Shown: piece after piece, positions 25,972-38,500 of the stretch
Position numbering within the stretch: the first letter of the stretch is position 1
Layout of the letters: the number at the start of each line of letters is the position of its first letter
Source: Nemertoderma westbladi
Lineage: Eukaryota > Animalia > Xenacoelomorpha
Length of the DNA: 64,000 nucleotides
Direction of reading: 5' to 3'
Assembly (NCBI GenBank): GCA_032718475.1
Contig: JAUCBJ010008288.1
Span: 1 to 64,000, forward strand
The notes under the pieces: model-generated
Told to the model about the DNA's origin: nothing
The model's database searches: none
What the model saw: the letters and a program-made list of their open reading frames with translations, nothing else
Position numbers and translations under genes: made by a program

Positions 25972-28900
25972 TGTAAGCGCGTATTATTTACGTTATACTG
26001 TTTCGGGATAACATTATTGATGGCAGTTTAATCTAATTAGTATATTTACGTAAGTTATCACAATAGTTAATGTTATTAACCAAGTTTACAGTCTAACTTA
26101 CTTTGTGGCTCGCCCCATAGGCAGGATCGTTATCTGCTCGCATTATTATACTGTATGTAGCCCATTGTATTATTGCAAATAGAACATATCATGTTCACTT
26201 AATAGACGTAAGATGGCGTATTGCTAGCTGATATATATAGGCATGACACAGTAGTGTTAGAACCATTATTACTACTATTATTATCATTGTTATCTGATAT
26301 CTGACTTCCGGTGGCAGTGTGACATTCAGTATTTTGATGGTACCGGTAGCGGTAATATGAATCCGTCAATGTATATGGAGTAGCCGGGCCTATTTCGGGC
26401 TGTTGGCCGGTTCAGTCTGGGATGTGATAGGGCTAGTTTGCGCTAGGGTTTCACGGGATTATTTATATTGTGGGGGGCTTATTTTATATGGTACGGTATC
26501 AAAATTAAAAATACTATAATGTTCAATGTATTGTGGTAATTATTGTGATACGTAACAAAGCCCCACAGTTTTATTTAGTGCTATTGCAAATGATATTGCT
26601 AATGTTATTGCTATTGCTATAAATTGCTGTACATCGTTTTATATTCGAGTAATATTTCCGTAATTACATTTCAGTATTTGATTGACATGACATATTAAAA
26701 CGTAAAATAAATAAGAAAGTTTTTGTATAAAACTTGAGCATTTCAAAAGCATCTAACTCTCAATTAAAAGAGGGGAAAAACAAGGGGTTTTTATTCGATG
26801 TCCATGTGACGCATTAACGCGCTCACATTTTCTAAATAAAACTGTGGGGGTTTGTTACGTATCACATGTTGGATGGGAGACGTGTGTAAAATATATAATA
26901 TATCTAAGTTCGTAGTGAGTAATGTAGGGTAGGGGCAACTAATATCTTTCATTACCTTTTCAGGATGTGGACCGGTGGCGCAACAGGGAGCTAATTTGTC
27001 AATATACTTTGTGTGTATGCTTACTTAGTATATATGTCGCGTACAGGTGTGTGTGTAGGTGTACCTGTACGTATATGTGGTCCGCATTACGTAATGACTG
27101 TATCGCTATTTAATTAAATCAATGTCATGTATGTGTCTTGCACGATTTTTCATAGCTAAGTTAGTGTTGTTGGCTTTATGCTCCATCTAAATAATTTAAC
27201 TAAAAATTGGGATCGTCAAATAAAATTTAAGTTTTGGCTTAGAAGTTAATGTATCACGATATTTTTCGCGGTCCATTCTGCAAAATTAGTATTTTATCTA
27301 CTTGAAACTTATGGTGTGTTGTGGAATGACTTCAGCCAGTTCCAATCAACATAGCATAAGTGAGTCTTCGCTTTTGGCTAAACCAATTATAATAACTTAC
27401 GTATGATCAACTTTTAATTGATCAAACAAGTGATTACTTCTAGCGCTTACTATTGATCCCAGGAACTGTAAGTCCGATAGCTGTTTTAGACTGGCATGCA
27501 ACTGACTAAGAAACTCTATAGGAAACATATTGGTGGAACGCAGAAGGAATGAACCGCTCATAAATGGACGAACGGATCGAGTTCCCCGAGTATCCTCGAC
27601 ATGTGTGGAACGACATGGCGGATATCATAGGCCCTAGTTGGAGGGACGAAATGCACAGAGAGAGGTTCAATTACCTTTACCCGGCGCCGTTATGGACTCT
27701 TGAAGCTCTAACCATACCAAGCGTTCATATTATTCGCCCATTACGACTACAAACTCGAATTCGACGTCAGGTAGTCTGGCTATGAGCCACTCGCGTTCCT
27801 CAACGAACTCTACGGGCTGGAGCTGATACTTATTAGAATGTAAATCATTTATTAATTTCCCAGTAGCATGGTATTCGTCCTGCAGTCGCAGTTCCCTTGT
27901 GACATCGCAATCGAGACGCACGAGACCCCGCCATTGGTATATATATATGGCACACTACCCTGATCACTGACACCTTAAAGAACGACTATTTTGTATTATA
28001 TTGCACTAAAGAAAGACTATTTTGTATTATATTGCACTAAAGAAAGACTATTTTGTATTATATTGCACTAAAGGAAGTCTATTTTGTATTATATTGCACT
28101 AAAGAAAGACTATTTTGTATTATATTGCACTAAAGGAAGTCTATTTTGTATTATATTGCACTAAAGAAAGACTATTTTGTATTATATTGCACTAAAGAAA
28201 GACTATTTTGTATTATATTGCACTAAAGAAAGACTATTTTGTATTATATTGCACTAAAGAAAGACTATTTTGTATTATATTGCACTAAAGAAAGAGACTA
28301 TTTTGTATTATATTGCACTAAAGAAAGACTATTTTGTATTATATTGTGTACTAAAGAAAGTCTATCTCTGTTATATTTGAATTCCACGTAAATGTATGGT
28401 ATGTTTATTTACTACATTTATTTTCTCAATACATTTTATTGATAAGATACAAACATCTAAAAATTATATTAAGTAGAGAATTTTGATTCAGATAAAGTTT
28501 AATCTTACTTAATCAGTCTTAATTTTATATTATAACTCGAAGTATCCGTTGTAGTATGTCTTACCTATATCCTAATTATAAATATATTACTTGTGCAATA
28601 TGTAAAAATAATTACGCCGTGTATATTTGTTGTAAGTCGTGAATTTGAGAAAATTCACTGGTGGTGGGTGTAAGCGCGTATTATTTACGTTATACTGTTT
28701 CGGGATAACATTATTGATGGCAGTTTAATCTAATTAGTATATTTACGTAAGTTATCAAAATAGTTAATGTTATTAACCAAGTTTACAGTCTAACTTACTT
28801 TGTGGCTCGCCCCATAGGCAGGATCGTTATCTGCTTGCATTATTATACTGTATGTAGCCCATTGTATTATTGCAAATAGAACATATCATGTTCATTTACT

Positions 28901-29536
28901 AGACGTAAGATGGCGTATTGCTAGCTGATATATATAGGCATGACACAGCAGTGTTAGAACCATTATTACTACTATTATTATCATTGTTATCTGATATCTG
29001 ACTTCCGGCGGTGGCAGTGTGACATTCAGTATTTTGATGGTACCGGTAGCGGTAATATGAATCCGTCAATGTATATGGAGTAGCCGGGCCTATTTCGGGC
29101 TGTTGGCCGGTTCAGTCTGGGATGTGATAGGGCTAGTTTGCGCTAGGGTTTCACGGGATTATTTATATTGTGGGGGGCTTATTTTATATGGTACGGTATC
29201 AAAATTAAAAATACTATAATGTTCAATGTATTGTGGTAATTATTGTGATACGTAACAAAGCCCCACAGTTTTATTTAGTGCTATTGCAAATGATATTGCT
29301 AATGTTATTGCTATTGCTATAAATTACTATAAATTGCTGTACATCGTTTTATATTCGAGTAATAATTTCGTAATTGCATTTCAGTATTTGATTGACATGA
29401 CATATTAAAACGTAAAATAAATAAGAAAGTTTTGTATAAAACTTGAGCATTTCAAAAGCATCTAACTCTCAATTAAAAGAGGGGAAAAACAAGGGGTTTT
29501 TATTCGATGTCCATGTGACGCATTAACGCGCTCACA
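25972..29536 (+). mobile_element. Non-autonomous LTR retrotransposon, 3.56 kb, no gag or pol
   Basis: LTRs 25972-26827 and 28669-29536 (TGTAAGCGCGT..ACGCGCTCACA); TSD GTTAC/GTTGC; PPT-like CTGGTGGTGGG at 28658-28668. Confidence 0.85.
27976..28362. repeat. 31-bp tandem array, about 12 copies, inside the small LTR element
   Basis: Unit taaagaaagactattttgtattatattgcac. Confidence 0.95.
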
Positions 29537-31129
29537 GTTGCCTTTTTTTTGCGAGATGACGTTTAAGACAATTTATTAGAAATCAGTTTCTAAATGTACA
29601 GTATTTTATTAATTTATTTAAAACTAGAAGTTATTATATTAAAATAATACTAGGCTGAGCTGTGAAACGTCTTTTTACGTTTTCACTATTTGTTATTATA
29701 TTTTCACGTAGCTTTTTTTGGTATTTGAAAGAGTCTGTCTCTGCAACCGACACCATAAAAACACACCGGTTGTCACCAAGTTAATGTTTTAGAAAATACG
29801 ATTTTCCTTTCCATATTCTGTTATTTCGACCCCCCCCCCCCCCCCCCCCGTTTGTAAAATCTACGTCGTAAGCCGACAGCCGTACAATAATTATTGTGAA
29901 CAAAATTGAAACTGTATAACGTGTTCGCACTGCATTCTTGTTTATTGATTTTGATACTACTGTAGCTCTGCTGTTGCTATATGTAGTATCCAGTGCAATG
30001 TATTTCAAACTTTGATATACGGTTTACTTTCGTTATGTGCATTGTTCATATTTTATGGAAATAATGGAAAGGAAATTATTAAATTGAATATTGATTTGAT
30101 TATGCCATTGTAACCGGTTACCTTCCCTAAACGTTAGGTACGATTTGTGGCTGTTGTCGCCTGAAAGCTTTCAGGGTAGCATTTACACCCATTGAACCCT
30201 TCAGAATGCAAATGACATCATATTCAACTCGAGTGATTGAGGTTGTGGATAAAAATGTATTCGATCGGAACGGGTCTAATATAATATATATCATATGATA
30301 TATTTCAACTTACAGTACTTACATAAATCTGATGGTCTCTCTCCCCGTACCGGTAACAGAGCCCCACTACTACTAACCTCGTTCTCTCTCTCCCCATACC
30401 AGTAACAGAGCCCCACTACTACTAACCTCGTTCTCTCTCTCCCTGTACCGGTAACAGAGCCCCACTACTACCAAACTCGTTCTCTCTCTCCCCGTACCGG
30501 TAACAGAGCCCCACTACTACTAACCTCGTTCTCTATCTCCCTGTACCGGTAACAGAGCCCCACTACTACTAACCTCGTTCTCTCTCTCCCTGTACCGGTA
30601 ACAGAGCCCCACTATTACTAACCTCGTTCTCTCTCTCCCCGTACCAGTAACAGAGCCCCACTACTACTAACCTCATTCTCTCTCTCCCCGTAACAGTAAC
30701 AGAGCCCCACTACTACTAACCTCGTTCTCTCTCTCCCCGTACCAGTAACAGAGCCCCACTACTACTAACCTCGTTCTCTCTCTCCCCGTACCAGTAACAG
30801 AGCCCCACTACTACTAACCTCATTCTCTCTCTCCCCGTAACAGTAACAGAGCCCCACTACTACCAACCTCGTTCTCTCTCTCCCCGTACCGGTAACAGAG
30901 CCCCACTATTACTAATCTCGTTCTCTCTCTCCCTGTACCACTAACAGAACCCCACTACTACTAATCTCGTTCTCTCTCTCCCTGTACCGGTAACAGAGCC
31001 CCACTACTACTAACCTCGTTCTCTCTCTCCCCGTAACAGTAACAGAGCCCCACTACTACGAACCTCGTTCTCTCTCTCCCCATACCAGTAACAGAGCCCC
31101 ACTACTACTAACCTCATTCTCTCTCTCCC

Positions 31130-33080
31130 TTTTTTTTTTTACTCAAAAGCCTCCATATATTATAATATTAACAAACAATAATTCGAATATAAAAACGCAC
31201 CAAAACAAGTACAAATATAACCCACCACCAGCTTATTCAAACTGTTACCTAGCAACAATACAAACAATACAAATTGGTTCAGTACCCATCACCAGTCTGC
31301 CACTCTGCCACTGCCAGTACCCAACAAACCCGCCAGACCTCTAACATCTAAGCCGTCCCGGGGTCCGAGTCCGCGTTCGCCCACACAATGGACGCGTCCG
31401 CCACCGCTGCCCGCGCCGGTCTCCTAGCGGCCGACCGAAACCCACGGAGGCACATCAGGGACGACCGGAGTAAGGCGAAATTGATGCGTCGCCGCACCCA
31501 CGCTACCGACTCCGGGTAGGGAACCTGTCGTTTCTCCGACAGCCTCAACGCCAGCCGCTTGACAAACTGCTTCGCAGCCGGCGCCATGCCCCCGAAAGCG
31601 GAAAATATGAGGGGGGTGAAGGTTGAGTGCTCAACCTCACGGATCCACTCCTCGTATCTCCGGATCTTCCTCGCCTCGTGATGGAGGTGGGCGGCGTCCA
31701 GCGACATCGCTGCGTTGGTGTCCGCCAGCGGGTTGAACACCGACACGTCGATAAACATCTTCTGGAAGCGGTTGCCCCAGAATCCGCTTACCGACACGTC
31801 GAGTCTCGCCTGCTGGTCCATCGAGGTGGACCGGAGAGTGAAGGACTCCCCCGTCAGCGGCTGGAGCATTGGCTCGACAGCCACGTTGTGGGCCACCTCA
31901 GTCAGGGAGTCGGCGACGAAATCGCGGATCTCATTGTGTCTAATTGAGGGGAACCCCCCAGTGGGACACGACAGAACGTGGGAAGGAGAAAATCGAGACC
32001 CACAGACACAACGAGAGGGAAGATTTCTTGGCGACCAACCGTACCAGAGACAAACTGCGTCACGGAACTCTTCCTTGGACAGGTGAGTGTTGTGCAACGT
32101 TAAGGGTTTGGTATTTAGCCAGACAGACGCACCTTTCTCAGTAGTTAGTCCGCACAAATTGTGCATTTCACTACTTAATTTGTCATAAACCTCCTCCTTT
32201 TTAGCTTTCGCTACAACAGAGGAGGAGGCTGCAACTAACTTCGCTACGTGCGTCTGCTCTTCCCTAACTGCCACCATTGACTCGCCCTCCATGGAGATGA
32301 ACGGGTCGCAGATCCTCCGGGAGTTCTCATATTGGGGTCGTAGATCCTCGGGAACGGGGATCCCCAGCCCCCCATCCCGAACCAGTAGCGACAGCAACTC
32401 GCGTTCCGTCGCCGATACTGCCGGCCGGTCAATGATCCGGCAGAGGCACTGTTCCACGGCCTCCTCCAACTTCCCAAAAGAATCCGTGGCCCCCGGGACG
32501 ATGCGCGCCAAGAACTGCCACCAGCAGGAGAGACCGAAGGCGAGGCCGGCGTACGCGCAGTGCGGGTCGACTGCGGCGATGGTGGCGAGGCGATCCACAT
32601 CGGCGGCGAACTCCTTCACCTTCCGCTCGGTGTACTTGCGCTGGAACTCCTCGGTCCCGATTACTCCGCCGAGGAGTTTGTTCCCCACCGAGTCGATGGC
32701 AACGCCGGTGTCCGCGAAAATCTCCTTCGCCTCCTCCAACTTCTCCGGCTTGACGGTGAGGCAGCACTTAGTCGGGTAGTACCCGTAGAGAGGCCCCCTC
32801 ACTGAGACCACGTCCCAGAAATTCCGGAGTTCCTTGAGTTTCCCCACGGCATTCCCGTCGTCCGCATACCACTTCTGAACGACAGTACAGGCGCGCATAA
32901 GCTCGGCGAGTAACGGGATGAGACCGACGCCAAACATCGGCATCGCCACCGGGTCGCCCTGCATCGAGCCCTCCTCCGAGAACATCGTCTCGCCCCCCAC
33001 GAACAAACACGACGGCTGGTCATAGCAATTCACTACGATGGTGTGAAGCGCGGGGCAGACCAGCTGGATGTTTTGCCCTG
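31130..33080 (-). mobile_element. 5'-truncated CRE-clade non-LTR retrotransposon (RT, zinc finger, restriction-like endonuclease); ORF stop at 31348
   Basis: QGDPVAM, WYADD, DGGLG, CVCGSRFSPSHVLSC, RHNEIRD, RLDV..FIDV, HEARKIRRY, FTPLIFSAFGG; poly(A) at 31130-31140; 12-bp TSD TCTCTCTCTCCC (31118-31129, 33081-33092). Confidence 0.9.
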
Positions 33081-35558
33081 TCTCTCTCTCCCCGTAACAG
33101 TAACAGAGCCCCACTACTACTAACCTCGTTCTCTCTCTCCCTGTACCAGTAACAGAGCCCCACTACTACTAACCTCGTTCTCTATCTCCCTGTACTGGTA
33201 ACAGAGCCCCACTACTACGAACATCGTTCTCTCCCTCCCCGTACTGGTAACAGAGCCCCACTACTACTAACCTCATTATCTCCCTCCCCGTACCGGTAAC
33301 AGAGCCCCACTACTACTAACCTCGTTCTCTATCTCCCTGTACCGGTAACAGAGCCCCACTACTACTAACCTCGTTCTCTATCTCCCTGTACCGGTAACAG
33401 AGCCCCACTACTACCAACCTCTTTCTTTCTCTCCCCGTACCGGTAACAGAGCCTCCCTACTACTAACCCCGTTCTCTCTCTCCCCATACCGGTAACAGAG
33501 CCCCACTACTACCAAACTCGTTCTCTCTCTCCCCGTACCGGTAACAGAGCCCCACTATTACTAACCTCATTCTCTCTCTCCCCATACCGGTAACAGAGCC
33601 CCACTACTACTAACCTCGTTCTCTCTCTCCCCATACCAGTAACAGAGCCCCACTACTACTAACCTCGTTCTCTCTCCCCCCGTACCAGTAACAGAGCCCC
33701 ACTACTACTAACCTCGTTCTCTCTCTCCCCATACCAGTAACAGAGCCCCACTACTACTAACCTCGTTCTCTCTCTCCCTGTACCGGTAACAGAGCCCCAC
33801 TACTACCAAACTCGTTCTCTCTCTCCCTGTACTGGTAACAGAGCCCCACTACTACTAACCTCGATCTCTCTCTCCCCATACCAGTAACAGAGCCCCACTA
33901 CAACTAACCTCGTTCTCTCTCTCCCCGTACCAGTAACAGAGCCCCACTACTACTAACCTCATTCTCTTTCTCCCCATACCAGTAACAGAGCCCCACTACT
34001 ACTAACCTCGTTCTCTCTCTCCCCATACCAGTAACAGAGCTCCATTACTACTAACCTCATTCTCTCCCTCCCCGTACTGGTAACAGAGCCCCACTACTAC
34101 TAACCTCATTATCTCCCTCCCCTTACTGGTAATAGAGCCCCACTACTACTAACCTCGTTCTCTATCTCCCTGTACCGGTAACAGAGCCCCACTACTACTA
34201 ACCTCATTCTCAATCTCCCTGTACCGGTAACAGAGCTCCACTACTACCAACCTCTTTCTTTCTCTCCCTGTACCGGTAACAGAGCCCCACTACTACTAAC
34301 CCCGTTCTCTCTCTCCCCATACCGGTAACAGAGCCCCACTACTACTAACCTCGTTCTCTCTCTCCCTGTACCGGTAACAGAGCCCCACTACTACCAAACT
34401 CGTTCTCTCTCTCCCCGTACCGGTAACAGAGCCCCACTATTACTAACCTCATTCTCTCTCTCCCTGTACCGGTAACAGAGCCCCACTACTACCAAACTCG
34501 TTCTCTCTCTCACCGTACCGGTAACAGAGCCCCACTACTACTAACCTCGATCTCTCTCTCCCCATACCAGTAACAGAGCCCCACTACAACTAACCTCATT
34601 CTCTCTCTCCCCATACCAGTAACAGAGCCCCACTACTACTAACCTCATTCTCTCTCTCCCCATACCAGTAACATAGCCCCACTACTACCAACCTCTTTCT
34701 CTCTCCCCCCAAACCGGTAACAGAGCCCCACTACTACTAACCTCGTTCTCTCCCTCCCCGTACTGGTAACCGAGCCCCACTACTACTAACCTTGTTCTCT
34801 CTCTCCCCATACTGGTAACATCGCCCCACTATTACTAACCACATTATCTCTCTCCCCATACCGGTAACAGAGCCCCACTACTACTAACCTCGTTCTCTCT
34901 CTCCCCGTACCGGTAACAGAGCTCCACTACTACTAACCTCGTTCTCTCTCTCCCCATACCTCATTATCTCCCTCCCCGTACTGGTAACAGAGCCCCACTA
35001 CTACTGTCCCGAAATAACATAGGGTAGTTGCGATTTCCAGACTTAAAATAAACGCGATGGTTTGTTGTTACCGCGTATGTGTTTGATAGCATTTGGGAGA
35101 GCGTTTTATAATAAGGGGTTAAGTAAAGATACTTCCTGATTCATTTATTCAACTAAGGGTATAGTATACATACATGTTTAGGCCTATTTACTGACACCAT
35201 GACAGACATACACAGCAGAAATCAACGTAGTCATAATCAAGTTAAAAATAATAATAATAACATAAACCGGTACCCACTTCATATCAGAATGACTGTAATT
35301 GGATAATTACTTACGTCATACTAAAAATAACTTAAAAGAAGAGCAAGATTCAAAAACAAACGCTTTCTTATATAACAAAATACATAATGAAATAATATTT
35401 TGTACATTCCCGCCAGCCAAGGAATAAACTAAGTAAATATGTCCTAATAAGAAAATAACACATACAGAAAATAACTCAAATTGCATAAACATATACTAAT
35501 AAACTTTGAAACATAGCACAATATATCAACTAAAATAGTTTACATAGAAAAGATAAAT

Positions 35559-38500
35559 CTATATCTCTGAGACTGATGAATCGCTATTCGAAACATCCTC
35601 GTAATATTCTTTCAGTTTCTCACGGGATCGTATTGCGGCTACATGATGGGGTTTTGTAGTGTTAACTTGCGGTGAACGAATTGGTGGGACAATTGGGACA
35701 TCCGATAGATCCACTAATGGTGAAACGGGACACTCTAGAGGGTACAAGAGTTTGATAGGGCGTTTAGAGAGTCCAGTTTGGGTCTTTACGGATACAGAAC
35801 GTATCCATCCGTCTTTACTAGGAAAGAGTTCAATGGCCTTGCCGAGAGGCCATTGCATAAGGGGTCTACGGGAACCAACTAGGACGATATCTCCTACTTT
35901 TGGGATATGTTTGGGTTCAGAAGAATTCCATCGATGGAACTCTCGTAAAGAAGTTAAATACTCATCTTTCCAACGTGACCAGCAATCAGAAATAAGTGTG
36001 ATAACACGCTGATGACGTTTAGTAAGGGATCGTCTCTCACCATAAGAAGGATCTTTATTAAAAACCTTATCGATGAGGGGTAAAGGTAACCCAGTTAGAT
36101 GACGACCATATAGGAGTTGAGAAGGTGTCAGGGGTAAGGGCTCGTCCCTATCCGCAGTAACGTAAGTAAGGGGTCTGTCATTCATGTAAGCTTCAACTTC
36201 GTAGGCTACAGTAACCAACTCTTGATAAGTAATATAAGCTCGACCTAACACTTTCTTTAGTACAATCTTAGAAATACCGATCAACCGTTCCCAGAATCCT
36301 CCCATCCAAGGTGAGGCAACTGGAATAAAAGTCCAAATCATACGTCGTGATAATAAATAATTTTGAACAGTTGCTGTATAATGTACAGTCTTTAGATCTA
36401 AATCAGCTGAAATAAAGGCGGATTGGTTGTCGCTTAGCAACCGAGACGGACAACCAGAACGAGCGGTAAAACGTCGTAATGCGAACAAGAATGATTCAGT
36501 AGAATTACCTGGCACTACTTCTAATCGTACAGCTCTAACAGTAGCGCAAGTAAACAAAGCTATGTAGGCTTTGGTGCGATCTCTGAGTAATATATGACCA
36601 GTGTAGTATAAGCCAGTAGTTTCGAATGGAACGGAACCTGAAACCCGAAACTCAGGAAGTGGTGGAGGTGGCGGTACTGGATAAGGTCGACCAATGACAC
36701 GATTACAAGTCGCACACGGACGAATAATAGAACGAACTCTGTCTTATCTGTGGAATCCACCAACGCTGGCATAACTGAACGATGGTGTCAGACAGACCGC
36801 AATGGAAATTAAACTTATGAGTGGATAATATAATCAGTTCAGTGAAAATATGTTTGCTTGGAAGTATCGCGGGGAACTTAGTTTGCCAAGGAATATTAGA
36901 ATGTTCAATACGACCTCTAGAACGTAGAATATTGTCGTCATCTAGGAATAACCATAACTGACGCTCTAACGGAGGTATTTTACCTTTCTCAGTACTAGAA
37001 TAATTAAGAGATAGTAAATAATTGCTCTCTTTACTAAATATATTGCTTTGTACGCGTCACAATAGGAATATCTCTGCTAATACGATATCGTTTACTGTAA
37101 GTGGACTAGAAAGAACTTTCCCTCCTCCGACCGGCGCAATTGTGGGATATACAAGTTTGTGATTGTTATTAGTAACACTATCCTTTAGGCGGTGAACAAA
37201 ACGCAATACCAATGCAGTAACACGTAAGAGTTTATTATAGTCACTATAATCTGATATGTTGATGACGTCATCAACATCAGAACCTGTTTCATCCAATGTA
37301 GGTAAAGAGCTAACTGTGGTATCCATAGCAACCGTTTCTTCCTTGAAAACAATTTTTTGAATTGGCCAATCAGAAACGCACATCAACCAGACCGGCCCAC
37401 AAGTCCAAAAATCGGAGGACAATAATTTGATAGCAGTAATACCTCTAGTTAGCATGTCTGCCGGATTGTCCTTAGTTGGTACATAGCGAAATATTGCATT
37501 AGGACATAGTTGGTGAACTTCATCCACACGATTCTTTACATAGACGTTATTAACACAACCATTCATTGTCCAGTGTAGAGCTATTTCACTATCTGACCAT
37601 AAAAAGATATTGGCTGGAATGAATTGGAAACTAAATACCTGTGTAATGTACACCAAAAGTCTTGCGCCAATGGATAATGCAGTGAGTTCGAGTTTGGGAA
37701 GGGAAGGGGCTTTACACTTAACGGGGACAACTTTAGCTCTAGCTATGACTAAGTCAGAGTTTTGGTTGTTCACACAATAAACAACTGCACCATATGCCGT
37801 TTTAGAGGCATCGCAAAAACAATGTAAACATGCTCCATTACTTAAAGTCAATTGACGTTTGACTGAAAATGATGAAAGTAAATTGATATCAGAAACTTGT
37901 TTTGACCACTGTGTTGCAATATCGTCTGGGATAACAATATCCCAACCGATATTTAATTTCCACAATTGTTGAATTAATATACGTATACCAATAGTCACAG
38001 GTAATAATAAACCTAACGGGTCAAATAATTTACCAGCTGAACTAACAATGCCTCGCTTAGTAAAATAAGCATCGGGTGTTTTAATTTCGCGGGATGGATA
38101 ACCCAATTTATCGTTTTCGATAAACCATTTCATGCCTAAAATAGCCGGTTCATTAGTAACTACTTTAGGTCCATCATTATTAGATTGTATAAGTTCATTT
38201 AACTTTGGAGAGTTAGTTATCCATTCCCTTAAAGGGAATCCACCCTGTTGTAATAATTTGCTACTTTGTAAATAATAATCAATTAAATCGTTCTTGTTAT
38301 CTGACATACCATGTAAGTTATCAACATATAAATTACGAATAATTATGTCAGCTATCGGCGAGTCACTTAGTTTCAAATGGTGTCTAACAGTAGCATTTAA
38401 TAAAAATTGACTACAAGTAGCACCGAATAAAAGTACTCTAAACCGATATGTAAGTATTGGACTACTTGGATCAAAGGGATCCTTAGGCCATAAAAATCTT

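Noticed and set aside
30335-35004. 49-bp array as spliced-leader RNA genes (a known CRE target) or telomeric repeat
   Set aside because: Unit too short, no Sm site seen, and it is anchored at a GPCR splice donor
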